Shown: piece by piece, positions 35,728 through 49,859 of the stretch
How positions within the stretch are numbered: the stretch's first letter is position 1
Layout: each line of letters starts with the position of its first letter
Source of the DNA: Bigelowiella natans CCMP2755
Taxonomy: Eukaryota > Protista > Cercozoa
DNA length: 64,000 nt
Assembly: GCA_000320545.1 (NCBI GenBank)
Contig: ADNK01003381.1
Span: 1-64,000, forward strand
Direction: 5' to 3'
Notes under the pieces: model-generated
What the model saw: the letters and a program-made list of their open reading frames with translations, nothing else
Databases searched by the model: none
What the model was told of the DNA's origin: nothing
Translations under genes and position numbers: made by a program

Positions 35728-37014
35728 AAGACTCAATCAGAATGAGCAACTTGCTTCTCGAACAGATTCCTAAGCAGATGCACCGGACGTGTTGCACATC
35801 TCCTCTTGCCCACAGCATCCCGATCGAAAAACCTGACAGCTGACATTCACCTTTTGCATGAGTCGGAAGGAGAAGCAATGCCTGACATGAAAAAATCGAT
35901 GCATTGCAACAATGTGCGCTTTGGGGAAAGCCACATGAAATGACACCTTTCAGAATCAAGTTCAAGGCAGCTGTTCTTGCTGATTGACTCCACTCCAACG
36001 GACCAATTGATGGCTGCACAATTGCAGGCCTAGTTGCAGCAATTGCAACGTGTTTTTGCGATCCAGTTGCAATTGGAGCCATTGACGTCTCTGTGAGAAG
36101 CAACAGTCGGTGCCTGTTGTGAGAAACTTCAGTTTCGTTCTGGGACTCATAAAACCGAAGAACATCGGGCCAGAATTTGCAATCTGCCCTCGAGGTGCTG
36201 CGTTTCGAACACTGCTGCAAACGTCAGTTGGAACCTGGACACATTCCAACTGTGCCAACAATTGACAGACAATTCACCTAGCCTTGACTCATCATCCTTG
36301 GCTTCCTCAGATGCAAGATGTTGGCTAGTTGTGTTGCTCACTGCCAACAGGGCGCTGACAAGTCCTTGCAACGAGTGTTGTTGAGGCTCTGCTGCATGCT
36401 GACGCCTGTCTCCCATGTGGTTCTGGCGCATGTAGATTTGATCAACGCTTTGTTCATTGTTCATTGTTCGCATCCCTTGACACGAAGACAGGGCACAGCC
36501 ATGGAAACCAGCAGTGACGACGTCGCGGCCGCGCGTTCTCTGCCACCGCACATGGAGGAACTGTTTAGAAAATGCAAATTCCTTCGATGAAGCAGACATT
36601 TCATGAAACAAGCATGTGAGATTCCTTGCTGTTCGTGCCAGCGTGTCAGGTGTGTTGTGACTGAGTGTTGAAGTTTGGTTTTCAACGGTTGGATGTTCGC
36701 GCGGCCGCGGTGCATGCACATGACTCAACCGTGTTTGTTCGTTTGTGCTTGTCGCTTGTCCAAATCGCAATGCAGATATAAGCGCTGGCAAGGCTAGCTA
36801 GAAAGGCATCACCCGATGCGATTGCATCTGCGCATCAAAATGTCACTGCATTTTGACCTTGTTCAATCCTACATGCCATGGATTGTGAGTTCATGTAGCG
36901 CGCACGCAGAGAGCCGAAGAATTCGACCCTCGTGTTGCAACAGCAGGACAGGTTGGTGTGTTCAGAACGAAGTGATTGATTTCTTCAATTGAACATGACA
37001 ACATTGCATTCAAT

Positions 37015-37157
37015 TCACGAAGTGTCTGCACCTGTCTGCTTCACTTGGACAACTACACCACCTCCTAGAGCAGATCTTGATCGAAATATCCTCAGCTCTT
37101 TGTCCAGATAAAGTATCTAATGGTTCATAGAAAAAGTTTTCAACACACGCGCGCGCG

Positions 37158-37188
<31 letters not shown>

Positions 37189-38367
37189 ATATGTGTGTGT
37201 GTACATATATGTGTACATGTATTTACATATGTGTATCATGGTAACACAATGTACAATAGGCATTTCTAAAAGACCACACCTCGAATGAGCCTTTCCCTTG
37301 AATCGGGAGCTTGAGAGTTCTTTTCCCTTCCGCCTCTTTGGCACCAGCACCGGTTTCACCAGCCGCCCAGCTAATGGCCCCGCCTTCGATGGAGGCTTCG
37401 ACCAAAACTGGGCTCACAAACGCTTCGGATCCAGGGTAATTTGTTGGGCGAGACGTGATAGAAAAAGCGCCCTCGGCAACAATCGACACGCCATTGAGAA
37501 AGTTAACGGAGTTCCGCACCGTGCTGAGTAAGGAATGATAGCAAGTTTAATCATATAAATACGTTGATATGCGACTGTCTGTGCGCGCGCGCGCGCGCGG
37601 TTTGAAATGAAGACGAAGAGAACCTATTTTCTGAAGAGAAATCTTGATACGCAGAGGCCTTTTGAGGGCGGGGCCGGAAGGCCTTCCACGGTAGAAGCCC
37701 TTCCTCCTACACAGTTCATATATGTTTTTTAGGAAACAATTCAAAGTGAATATGTATCTAGCCTCTTTTCAGTAACTAGCGCACAATGCCGATATTCGCT
37801 GGTACCCATATCACTCGCCAAGAGCCGTCCAGATCCCTGATGCACACCAAACGCGCACGGAAATGAGCAGCCATATGTACACGCTATTCAACCGCAGATG
37901 TACATCGAGGCACATAACAATAACTAAAAATGTTTTAACGCGTATTTCAACGCCATCAAACTCATTCTATTGTATCCATAAAATGACATTGTAGAGTAAA
38001 CAGGTATTCCCCCCCCCTCCCCAGGACAAGTTGTTTATCCTCAAAGCAGAACCTCGGACAAATAGTCGTCGGAAGGCTAATAAGTCCTTGCACAAGGCTG
38101 CGGCATCGATTGGCGTCCTCCTCCCCTCCCTCTTCCGCGAGAAGAAGCGCCTTGAGCTCCTTGCCCCACTCGGATGCGACCGCATCGTTTCGAGATCTAA
38201 CAAACATCCAACTGTGATCTTTGCATGCTCAATGGTATGATAATATATATATGATGAATCCAGAACTATGGAAAACACGTTCGGATACGTCATTCGTCAA
38301 GCGATATGACTTAGGCTTTTATGAGGCCAATCATGGTAAATACTTCATTGAATGGAAATAATATACG

Positions 38368-38435
<68 letters not shown>

Positions 38436-38675
38436 CACATATCCACCCGAGAGGAACATTGGCGACTGCATCCAATGGCGGAGGGGGGAACGGAGCAGCT
38501 AGTCGAAGTAGAGAGGAGAGAAGCTGCGGAGGGGGGGTGGGGAGGAGAGCGGATGCTGCGACATCCCAATCCGCTATTGTAAACTCATCTCTCTGGAACC
38601 GTATCAGGCCCTGAAACGTTTATCAAAGGGGTATTACATATAACTGCGGACATGTTTTTTTACAAAACGCACACA

Positions 38676-38709
<34 letters not shown>

Positions 38710-39762
38710 TAGTACATTTGATAGTTTTTGCGTCTTGACTACTACCGTATCTTCGTCGATTTTGTAGAAGGTTTTGACAAGGTATGGCTTGATGCGCGGG
38801 TTCGTGGGCAAATTCACCCTGGCGTCGAGGTACCATGTTACCTTTGATAATGCAAATCACACTCACACAAACACACACACACACACACACAAACACAAAT
38901 GACGCGCGCCCATATATATATATATATATAATATAGTATAAGTTTTCACTCATATTATGTCCAAAGATATCTTCAATTTATACCCCACCATTATCGTAGA
39001 GCTGTCAATTGGTGCCACGTCGATGACCTGCATAACGGCGCCACCCTCCCCCTATTTAGAGTATTTGTGTACACGTGTGGTCCCGTGTGCGCGCGATTTT
39101 CTGCGGTGGCGTGTGCATGCGCCTCGTTACCTGCGTGAAGAATCTTGCAACGCCCCTTGCGTATTCGTCGAGAGAAGATGCAGACACGGAGGGGTCGGAG
39201 AATCTGTTTTGTATGCAAATGCCGCCAGTGATGTGATGGATGGGCGAATGGATGTCGCCTGGTCGAACCACTAAGTGGCCTCCTGCTTCTCTTTCTTCTA
39301 CCACTACGCCTACTACGACTCCTACTACGAATATAGTAGATCTTCTACACTACTTACGCAAATTCATCGAGGAAGAGCCTGCTATCCACCTGCCCTGTGA
39401 CAAACCTAGTCAACATGGAATAATAACATGGAATAATCCTTACAAATTGGAAGGGGAAGCTCGTGTTGCTAGCACACAACAATCACCCCTCCTCCACCAT
39501 GCACACGTATATACAGACACACACACTCGCACACAGCAGTGAAGTCAAATGAAACACATCGTCGCCTCGATCTGGGGAGCGCTGCGCTACGAGCCAAAAC
39601 TGCTACTATGACGATGACGACGACGATGATGATGATGATGATGATGATTATGGCGTCGACGGCAATTTCAGCTATCAGTAGTACCAGCTACGTTCTTGCA
39701 ATCCTAATCACCAGTGGCATTGCAAAAACACGTATTGTTAATATAGGAAGATCGCGCATTAT

Positions 39763-39802
<40 letters not shown>

Positions 39803-40284
39803 GAATCATAACAACCTCGATAAACTTCAAGGCATAGAGCCTCCATCGTCAAACCGGACGCTTTCGCCTGCGAGTCCTGTGCGCTGGCAGAAGCAATTTC
39901 CTCGTACGATAATGATCCCCCTCCCTCGACCGTGTTGCCTCGAGACGTTCCCTGCTTGAGCCCGGCTGGGAGAATGGCGTTGAAAAACGCTGTGACCGGG
40001 TCTTTGCTCTCACCGATAGGCGAAGACGATGAAGAAGACAGCGGTTTCTCCTCTTCAGAATCCTCTCCCATCCTCTGCTCTGCCCTGGTGAAAAGCGGGG
40101 CTAGTTGTGGCCGAGCGACGGAATTTTGGCTGCTCCATCGACGACGATGGCGGAGTCGACTCTGCAGGATGATGCGCCCTCCCCTCACACTTCGGCCATC
40201 CCTAGTCGGTATCATAGACGAAGATCCCGACGAGCAGACCGCCATAACGAGCAGAAGGGACAGGGGACGGCCGCCACCCACCAT
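37015..40284 (-). CDS. Plastid lipid-associated protein (PAP/fibrillin family) with bipartite targeting leader
   Basis: Hydrophobic leader (PLSLLLVMAVCSS) then Arg/Ser-rich transit-like stretch; C-terminal VRNSVNFLNGVSIVAEGAF...LPIQGKGSFE|ILYLDKELRIFRS matches the fibrillin 'YLD..LRI.R' end; many microsatellite introns. Confidence 0.75.
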
Positions 40285-40731
40285 CGTCGTGCCACGTGGA
40301 CAGATGGAGAAATGCGTTTGTGAGCACCACACGGCCAGGGGAAGACCAGTTTTCCACCTCGCGACAGCAAAACATCGGGGAAAATCTAAAATCTCCTGGA
40401 TATGCCTTCTGCGACAACTCGTTCCATCACCAGCCGTATAGGAACTATTTCGTAGGATATTTCTCGGTTGATTGCGTGGCATCTGTGTGAACGACCAGGC
40501 CCGCTGATTCCAGTGCTGGCGATTTCAGAAAGTGGGTTTTACTTCGCTGCAGGGAAATACATCCTAAATCCGTTGGCCCAGAATTTACCCTGGAACCCGT
40601 AGCTAGATTTTCCGCGATTTTGGGATAAAAAGTAGATTTCGATGTTGTCGTTCAGTAAAAAAAAGGCCCATTTTTTTACTATAAATTCCTGCCGAGGCTG
40701 CCGAAGCTCGTCGTCCCCCCCCGCTTGCACG

Positions 40732-41726
40732 ATGATGCATGCGCAGCTGCTACTGCAGCTGCTGCTGCGCTACGTGCTGTGGTTCTTTGGAGGTTCAACT
40801 GCAATCGTTTTTGCGGCGAAGTTCTATCTCTCCTTTCCGAGCTCGAGGCCCCTCCCAAGCTTTATGGGTAAATTGACAACAAACTGTGAGTCAGACAACG
40901 TCGATGCGAAATGGCGACGATTACTCGAATGCCGCGTGTTATTCTTTAGATATTCTGCCCCCCCCCCACTATTTCTGAATTCTATAGAACCTGACGCTAA
41001 AAAGAGAACGAAGTTTCCCGGGAGACCGCAGGTCAGCCATTCCTTATTACTTGTTTTCATGTGTGTCGTTGTGCGTGGTTCGGCTTTTTCTACCTCTGCA
41101 CCTCAAATAGCTGACATTTTTCCTATCCAAAGGCCGCGAAAGAGATGAAGAAAAGGGGATTCTCTTCGCAGATCGTTGGGGTTGGTCGCAACAACACTGC
41201 AAGGATTCACTACAAGATATTCGGTGAGCCTTGTCATTTATTCGTTGGAGTGGGAAGATCGGTACAAATCCCCCAAAATTCACTTCTCAGGCAACGATGA
41301 TCAAAAGAGGAAATTAGTCCTCTGCATGGGTCTAGGTGCCAGAGGAGATTTGTGGCAGGTGGCAATCTTTTGGCATGGAAAATACATTTATTGTGGTTAA
41401 GGCCGATGCATTCCTGAGTTTGTTTCAGAAACATCAGCAGCTATTCTTCTCATGCACATGTATCTCATGCACATGTACCACACGCTTATGAGACTACCCC
41501 CGCCAATTTGGCATTTTCAACCCGATTGAGAGAGGAAAACAAACGTCCCTCCTCTCCTCCCACTGCCCGTTCGTTATACTCAGGGTATACTGAAGCGCTT
41601 GGTTGGAGAATTCCAAATTCTTGTGATGGACAATAGGTTCGAATATTGGTGCTGCTGGGTATTGTTGTTGAGAGCCAGAGAAAGAGATATTCGAGTGTGG
41701 ATACTAGAGAGCACATATACTCAGTC

Positions 41727-41730
<4 letters not shown>
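40732..41730 (+). CDS. Multi-exon hypothetical protein with N-terminal hydrophobic segment (3' end uncertain)
   Basis: MMHAQLLLQLLLRYVLWFFGGSTAIVFAAKFY then short GT-AG exons (e.g. KRKLVLCMGLGARGDLWQ); divergent from the fibrillin gene. Confidence 0.35.
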
Positions 41731-41760
<30 letters not shown>

Positions 41761-41833
41761 TGAAAACATACTGATACTGGGTTGATTGGCTTGGCGATTT
41801 TGTTTCTATTTCTCCCTCCTCTTAATTCTTTAC

Positions 41834-41899
<66 letters not shown>

Positions 41900-41907
<8 letters not shown>

Positions 41908-42540
41908 TTCTTTCTTTGTGTATGTGGTCTTCTTCATGGATCGGTCAAAAAGGGGGGTGGGGGAATCGACTGCTGAGTCCTCTCTAAGGTGTGGTGGATA
42001 CTCTTGAGAAAATAGAGCTATCAGCGGCACGAGAAAAGCACTGGAAACATAGAAAGCACTAGGATATGCATCGCCCAAACCACACTCATACTACCACCAA
42101 TCTAGTTGTCATTTGCAACCGGAACAATGTGCATTGTAGATACGGCTTCTTCATCCGCTCAGAAATTAAGATACTATTCATCACCGTTGCTGTTGCAATT
42201 CCCCCCCCCCCCTCCCCACCATCCTCTCCCTCCTCCTCCTCCTTCGCCGATTTCCCTCCATAGATTTGGTCTATACACCATAAAAATGATGGCGCAGGTA
42301 GTTCGCACACATCATGAGACCTTCATAGTGCATTTGCTTATTGTGTCCTTATCATCTTCTTCCTCTTCCCTCCCCCCCCCCCCCCCCCCCTTCCTCCTAG
42401 GACACTCTCGAGGTGCTCGATTCCGTGGGCTGGAAAAACTTTAACGTAGTCGGCCATTCGATGGGAGGAATGGTTGCTCATGCACACACCACGCACGCAC
42501 TCGCTCACTAACATATTAATGTGCCATAAATTAGTAGATA

Positions 42541-42571
<31 letters not shown>

Positions 42572-43723
42572 TTATATATTTATCTCCTCTGAGACATCTT
42601 CATCACCCTTCCTCCTCGTACAATGCTATGTGGCTTTAGGTCGCCTTGGAGTTGTGTTTACTGTGTGGTAGTAAGTCTGCGAGAAGTAGGAGCATCAGCC
42701 GCGTTCGAAGCCTCATGCTGCTCAATACGCATGCCGGAGGGTAATTGTATTCCATGAATGATGATGATGATGATGATGATGATATTGATGATGGAAAACA
42801 ATGATGATAATAACGATGGTGGTGGTGGTGGTGGTGGTGGTGAGAAAGAATGAATGAAATAGATGTTGATATTTAGCATGTGTATATTAAAACACTCGCA
42901 AATTTACCAAAACTCCTCGCCCCTCCTCCTCCCCCTTCCCACACACGTTCACCTCCTCATATATCAACAATATGTTTGTCTTCTCGTTGGCTTATTCCAT
43001 CATCATCATCAGCATCATCATCAGCATCATCATCATCATCATCATCACTGTTTTCTTCAGATACATCTCTCTTCCTTCGTGGTACTTCATTCTCACAAAG
43101 ATCAAGATGATTCTTCGCCCGAAAATACTCGAGTTCGCGGTAGGCAGCCAGGCGGAGCAGCAGCAGTAGTATTAGTAGCCTAGCGGTACCACAACCATGA
43201 AGGCACGAGAGAGAGGAAGATATGAAGAGACCCCGTCCTGAATATATTGCACGCTGCGCTGCTTCTTCGCTTTTGTGTGCTTCTGAGATCGCAGGAGGTC
43301 CTCTCATCATTTTTTATTCTAAATATGTGTACTATATCTTCACCAGCTGCCGGATAACATGCAGCTGATGCACGGCTCCGATATCATAGAGAACCCGAAA
43401 GAGTAATCACACAAAAATTAGAGCATGAACCAATCTTTGTGCGGCCGTTGCGCGAGTACTAAGGAGTGAGTGGGTGGGTGTGTGCGGATTGGGTGGAAAG
43501 GGTGAGTCATCTTTCATAAAACTTCCAAAAGTAAATCGTCGTCATGGATGGCGATAATGCGGGACAAATGCGCGATTTCTGTTCACAGGTACAGGAGAAT
43601 ATGGGGTGATAAGTTCCACGACAAGGTAGACGATGATAACGACCGATGATCACGACGACGATGACCTATAATGAAGATTAGATCAAATGTAAAAATGCGT
43701 ATACAGGTGTGAGTGTGTGGAAG

Positions 43724-43775
<52 letters not shown>

Positions 43776-44500
43776 TAAATGCCTTCCATAACAACATAAC
43801 CGCCAGGTCATATACGGAAACAACGGTTTTCGCTCCTCGTCGTGTATGGTAATGCACAAATAGCAGCACCGGTCATCGGAGTGCTAATACACGGCACCGC
43901 GCGAGAGTGGTAGAAGTTGGTGAAGTGTGCCCTCATTTTCTCTCCTAATTAAATCGATGCTTTGCCTTTGCCCCTTTATGGAGGAGCTATAGCATTCATT
44001 TCTTAATCCTTTCATGCAGTGTCGCTTATTTTTTAGACAATGCCAAGAGGGGAGCAAAACCGCCCACATCCGGCGGTTTCGCATTCATGATAAACTGACG
44101 TTTTGATGACGACAACGACTAATGTATGCAGGTGAGGCAGCTCGTAGCCATCGCCATGCACCTCGTTCCTGAGAAAGACCTTCTCTCGCTGCGGAGCATT
44201 CCGACAATGATGTACGTGGCGTTTCCTCAGAGAGGGCAAGAAGATACCAAAAACACTCATTTAGTAAGAAAGGGGTGATATACATCGACTGAGGTTCCTC
44301 AGAATATTTTGGAGAATGTGCCTCGAGCCCCCCAAAATTTGAGAGGCTTCTCACCGTCCTGTTTACTTTTGACACCCTGCACTCGTAATCCCCCCAATAC
44401 CGTACTCTGAATAATGCCGCTTGTAGTGTCGCCGGGGGCGAGGATAACCTTATATCCCCGGAAAACTCTCGATATCTCGCCAAAACTCTCAGAGGTGAGT
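41900..44500 (-). CDS. Probable multi-exon hypothetical gene(s); structure unresolved
   Basis: Exon-like minus-strand blocks (LAAYRELEYFRAKNHLDLCENEVPR; GIQLPSGMRIEQHEASNAADAP; ISERMKKPYLQCTLFRLQM) between microsatellite introns. Confidence 0.3.
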
Positions 44501-45800
44501 GCGGTGGATGGACACGTTTGAGCAATGGTTACATGCGCTATCCCCTGATCATCCCTTTCATCACCATCGTCATGACCGTTATCGTCGTCATCATCATCGT
44601 CATCATAACCACCATAGCCAAAGCCTGCAGATGATTGTTGCGCCGCCTTGGATGTGGTGAAATCATCGCCTGAACACCACTTCTGCTTTGCAGGAAATCT
44701 AGTACATTTTCCGCGAAGTGGCCACTCAATTCAACGCGAGAAACCAGAGAAGCTGTGCGAGCTTTTGATGAGCCACGCAGTTGTGTGCACGTAGAGACCG
44801 ACCTTGGGACTTGTATGCCAAAATTAATAGGCCCCGTAGTATGTCTGAAACTTCTATTCTTGTGCAGCTGGCTAAGATGCATGCACATACTAGAACATAC
44901 TAGATTCAAAAGTCACTACGAATTTTTGTGCTGTATCTGCAAACACAGAAGATGGTGCGGAGCTCATGAAATAGCTGTGCGGCAATGCATAGCGCTTATC
45001 TCGTCAGAATTGGAAGAGCGACATTTAGAAGGATGCAATACCATTTTTGTTTCGAGTTTATCGAATAAGCTGCAACATTCGAAAAGCGTTGCTAGACAGA
45101 CACAATTGTAGTTGGTTGTTCATTTTGCAGTGCGTTTATGCGTTGGGCGTTGGACTGCTTCAGTTCATAGCCAGCGCGCTTCTAGTCTTAGCAAATGAAT
45201 TTATGCATATGGCGTACGTTTGCGTTCAAAAAGCTTAAAGTCAGCTTGCTCCACGTATATAAGCGAATTGCGCTGATCCCCTAAGAGTCATGAAGTGACA
45301 ATCAGAGTGGCGCGCAATTTGTGCACAAATCATTACTTTGCAAAAAATCAAAATCCTGGAAAAATGTAACGCACAGAAAGTGGAACGTACGCGATTGCAC
45401 AATCTAGCAATGTTGAAGTGATGTGACACAATGGTAGTGGGCACAGTGTCATTGCATTGCGCACTTTTTGCAGCTCAACGCATGGGTAGGCATTGAACAT
45501 CCCGTCAATTGATGAAACCGAAGCCCATCGTTCAAGACAATCGTTCGGAAAGAGCGAGCATGGCTGCACAATGAGTGAGTGCCTATTTCCCAACAAATGC
45601 CAAAGTTCGTTGCGTCATGACATGTTGCATTTTTAATCGCAACGGAAGCGTGCGCAAAGCGACACAACAATGGCATGCGCAAGTGCGTTTTGAAATACAA
45701 CTTTGCATCAAATTCTTCAGTCTGCCGTTTTTACGACTCATTATTAGCATGTATTCAGTGGCATTTGGCTAAACACATCTATGTCTACCATTGTGGCTAT

Positions 45801-47667
45801 TCATGCAGCCAACGTTGCCCTAGCTGACTCGTTCTTGTGGTTAAGGATTTTTTCAGCATGTTTAGCCGCCTCACTTGCATTAATTTCTTTCTGCTTCCTT
45901 TCCTCTGGATGCACATAATTTTGGAAGATCTCCTCGATAATATTTTCCTTTTCAGTCTGTTTTGTGGGTGATGACTCAATTCGTTTTTTATACCTGTTGA
46001 ACTCCTGATGAAGGTACTTATTCTCCCAGCTCCAGTATTTTTGTGTCTTCGAAATCACCCACATGTTTCTCCTTTCTTCATAGTATCTTTTGAGCATCAT
46101 ATAGGCCATATGGTATCCTGAGCTCCTCTCTTTTTTAATATCAGTTCGTTTTTCCTTGAAATTGTTTTCCAATTGTTCCATGAATTCGTCGTCCACGGTT
46201 CTGTACATGTTTTTGTTGGTGTCGCAATCCCACAGATCAAAGTACAGGAAGGCCAGAATGATCAGATTAGCCTTTACTAACATAGCTTCCTTAACATCCT
46301 CTAGCGGTTCACTGAAAAACCACCATCGAATCAATCGTACGATCAGTGATCCTGCACCAAATGCGAGCATGAGCCAACCCACGCCAGGGACACAGAAAGC
46401 TACTACCGCAACACCTGCACTTAATCCCATTGAAAGGATTCTTAAGCCTTTGCTGGAAGTGCTCTCTCTTTCCCAATTTTTGTAGAGCGCACAGCCATCT
46501 AGGACAATAGAGCATATTGCTAGTACAGGCGGGACGATTTGGAAGAGCGTGAAGCAGATTGCATTGCAACCAAAACCCACATAATAATGCATCATCTGAT
46601 GTAGAACTTTGTGCAGACCAGAGTTTTCAATCATACAGAGACTGTTCATAAGGTTTGTTGCGAACCAATTAAGTTTGTCCAGAGGAACAGTACTCTTCAG
46701 AATTGCCCAGTATTCCATCATAATTCTTAGGTTAATGCTCAGCTATCAAAGGTAAATCACCTACCAGTCAAAACCAAACTTCATCTAGGGTGAGTAATGT
46801 AACTAATGAGAAAGTCAATGCCTCCTCAAGGGGGGAAGATGCAAGACGACAACGTGCCAAAGCCCGAAGAGCAGCTAGACTACAACAAGTGGCAACATCA
46901 GCTGACGAACATCTGGCGGTTGCTATACAAGATGGTATTGTTGTCTAGTTTTACATCCTCAAATGCATCTTTGAATATGAACTTGCTTGGGTCAGCAAAA
47001 TTAAGGAGAATTTGTACGATCTGGCCTTTGTCGAGCTCACTAACAAGCTTTTTGAAGGGCTTGTACCTTGAAGAACTGCGGAAGTCTTTGATGAATTTGA
47101 TTCGTCGTTTGATTGCTTTAAACTGACCTTCGCACGCTGATTCCTCCAACAAACTCTGTGTCAAATGCATGTCTTTTGCTAACTTGAATGCATTCTTCAG
47201 TCTTTGCCTCATTTTTTCATCGATGTGCACACTGGCACCCCCAGCATAATTAATGCAGGTTGATTCAAACCTTTGTACATCTTCATTGCTAATGCCAGTT
47301 ATGATTCGATCCGCTTCGTCAATTTTGATGTCCAATCCCCACAAGTAACATTGGAGTGTCGTCGCCCCCTCGAACCTCTGCTTCCTCTCACAGGGGTAGG
47401 ATTGATGTTCCGTCCTTTCGTTTTCATCCATGGTACGATTAGTTGGCGTTTGAAATGTGACGGTGTCGGTCTGAGAGATACCCTTCAGGTAAAGCATGAA
47501 ACATGTTCATGTCTTACAAAAACGCAGTCTATTCCTTCCCTGTGGCAATTCCAAAGCCATGTCACAGGACATAAATCCTCGGGGTTTTCTGTATCCACGA
47601 ACGATCTAATGTCGAAATGCGATGCACTCCTCAAACTGACGCCAATGACGCCCTGGATGACGCCCAA
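45801..47667 (-). CDS. Hypothetical membrane protein (long exons 46898-47497 and 45801-46721); junction unresolved, possibly disrupted
   Basis: 199-aa and 306-aa ORFs; hydrophobic segments (IVPPVLAICSIVLDG; GLSAGVAVVAFCVPGVGWLMLAFGAGSLIV) followed by a charged helical tail. Confidence 0.55.
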
Positions 47668-47938
47668 GGCGTCAGCTGAAACATCATTCGTTTCTCTCCT
47701 GCGACATGAATTTAGACCAAGATTATCGGAATTTTACAGATTTTAGCCAAGAATAAGAAAATGTCGTTCTTCGATTGTCGCAGGCAAAAAAATTTAGGGG
47801 TTCGCTACTGAAACAATTTTGCACCCGAAAGAACGGCGTTTACAGAGAATTTTCGTATCATTTTGGCGTTTTCCTTCAAAAAAGCCACTTTCCTTTTCAA
47901 AGCCGGTGGCACGTCGACTCTGCCCCGTCCCCCACGGG

Positions 47939-48865
47939 ATGATGATGATGACGACTAGGAGAGTAATAATGATGATGACGATGATGGCATTAGGGATTGT
48001 CCTCTCCCATTCGGAAGCTACTGTCACAGCAACTCAACAACGACAGCAAAGCCTACAGCAGGCTCATCGTAGTCATCACATCTCCACGATGAGGAAGCTG
48101 TCTTCAAAGCAAACCTGGTTATCAATCAAGGATCATCTACATCTTCATGTCTCGAAAAAAGCGGGATTAAGACGGTCAAGTTTACGTGCAGCAAGTAGTG
48201 TGAGTAGAAACAGCCCTTCACCCCCTAGCTTGGATATATACATTCTCGGACTGGAAAAGACGCTCATCGTCCAAGACGAAGCAATTGGCAACCAGATCGA
48301 AGAACCACAAGGTAAAAAGGTGACTCCAGCACCGCCGCGAATTGCCGGAGCTCTGCGAAGATGTAAATCTCCCTTCTACATTGTGTCGGATCGAACAGAA
48401 GCTGAAGCATCCAAAGCCATCGCTGATACGGTAGCTCCATTCACTCAGATCCTCCTCCTCCTCCTCCTTCTCCCACATTCCCTTTGCCTCTCCCCTCTCC
48501 CGTCTTTCCGCTAATATATCTGTTTCAATTTCTATCGGTGAACCTATTGAAAGTGGGAGTTTCTGGCCTCGGATTTCCCTCCAGAGTCGCCACGTCTATA
48601 CGGCACAAGCAAGTCCAGGTAGTGCATATCCTCTTCAGTGTGAATTCCCATCGTATGCATCGTGCCTTGTGCTGACCAATAGAAAATTAAATGTTCTCCG
48701 CAGTAACGATGCCGCTGATGCACAACCAGCGAAGATCAACGCCCTAAGACAGATTGCAAATAGGGTACGTAAGCATGCACAGAATGATGCATTTATGTAA
48801 ATCCAGCTCCAATGAGTAAACTTTACGATTGCGTTTTGTATATATCAGAGAGGGGGAGAGAGAGT

Positions 48866-48927
<62 letters not shown>

Positions 48928-49527
48928 AAGAGAGAGAATTATTAGACAAAGGAGTAAATAATGCTCATAAGTTACTCATATTTAGCCGTAGAGAATTTGA
49001 ACGAAGAACATGCGTGCTATCTGCATGAATGCCTGCAGGTACCAGAGAATGCACGTATCCACTATATCGATGGTGACGGAGAGACGATAAAGCAAGTTCT
49101 CGCAGGTTTTGGCAGTATAATATCACATCTGATAGCATATGTGTCCGACTTACACCCGAAGACCTTACACTTCTCTTGTTCGTTTCACTCACTTTCCTAT
49201 CCCCCCCGCTTGGCCACAGATCAAAGTCCCAGAATGCAGACGTGGAGGGTCTATTGGTAGTGGAGCACAATGAGCATAATGGCAATGTTGACGATGCAGT
49301 ACTTTGAAATATGTTGGAAAGAAGTTTACGCTGCAATACTGTGCTACCTATCACGCCCCTGCTACACGATTGTGATGAACTTTATAATTCGTAGGTCCAG
49401 ATGGGAGGGAGGCAGCCACAAGCATGCGAATGATGTGGATAGTAGGAGAGAGGATATGGAAGCCTTCCTTGCAAAAGGTGGTATCAAATCTGACATTGTG
49501 ATGAGAGCTATGAAGATTATGCGATAA
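47939..49527 (+). CDS. Probably plastid-targeted, degenerate HAD-like protein (multi-exon)
   Basis: Signal plus transit-like leader; DIYILGLEKTL (motif-I-like but lacking Asp), FYIVSDR, KINALRQI, RIHYIDGDGETIKQ, WRVYW resemble the plant/cyanobacterial HAD family (recalled, not searched). Confidence 0.45.
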
Positions 49528-49776
49528 CGACTGTCAAACAAACTCCTCCAGATCGACAACAATAATGTTTGCGTTGACTCGGATGAGTTGTCTTTGTCTG
49601 TCTCCCCCCCCCCTTCCCTCCCCCCCTCTCTCTCACTCTCTCTTTCACTTGCTACGCATGTGCGTACATGTGTTTTGGAGGGGGGTGGAAGTAAGTTACT
49701 TTTTCAATAGTGCTAGAGCAATTTCGTAAGCAACTTGCGGAAACACATCCAGACACGTAGATTCAAGCCTCCGATC

Positions 49777-49859
<83 letters not shown>

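Noticed and set aside
35693-36791. Long overlapping ORFs (175, 214 aa and others) in the TpA-poor island
   Set aside because: No recognisable motifs; Cys/His-rich; expected by-product of losing TAA/TAG stops.
35601-37080. CpG-methylation decay or fungal RIP as the cause of TpG/CpA richness
   Set aside because: CpG is plentiful here (GACGACG, CGATCG, GCGGCCGCG) and RIP would increase TpA, whereas TpA is what is missing.
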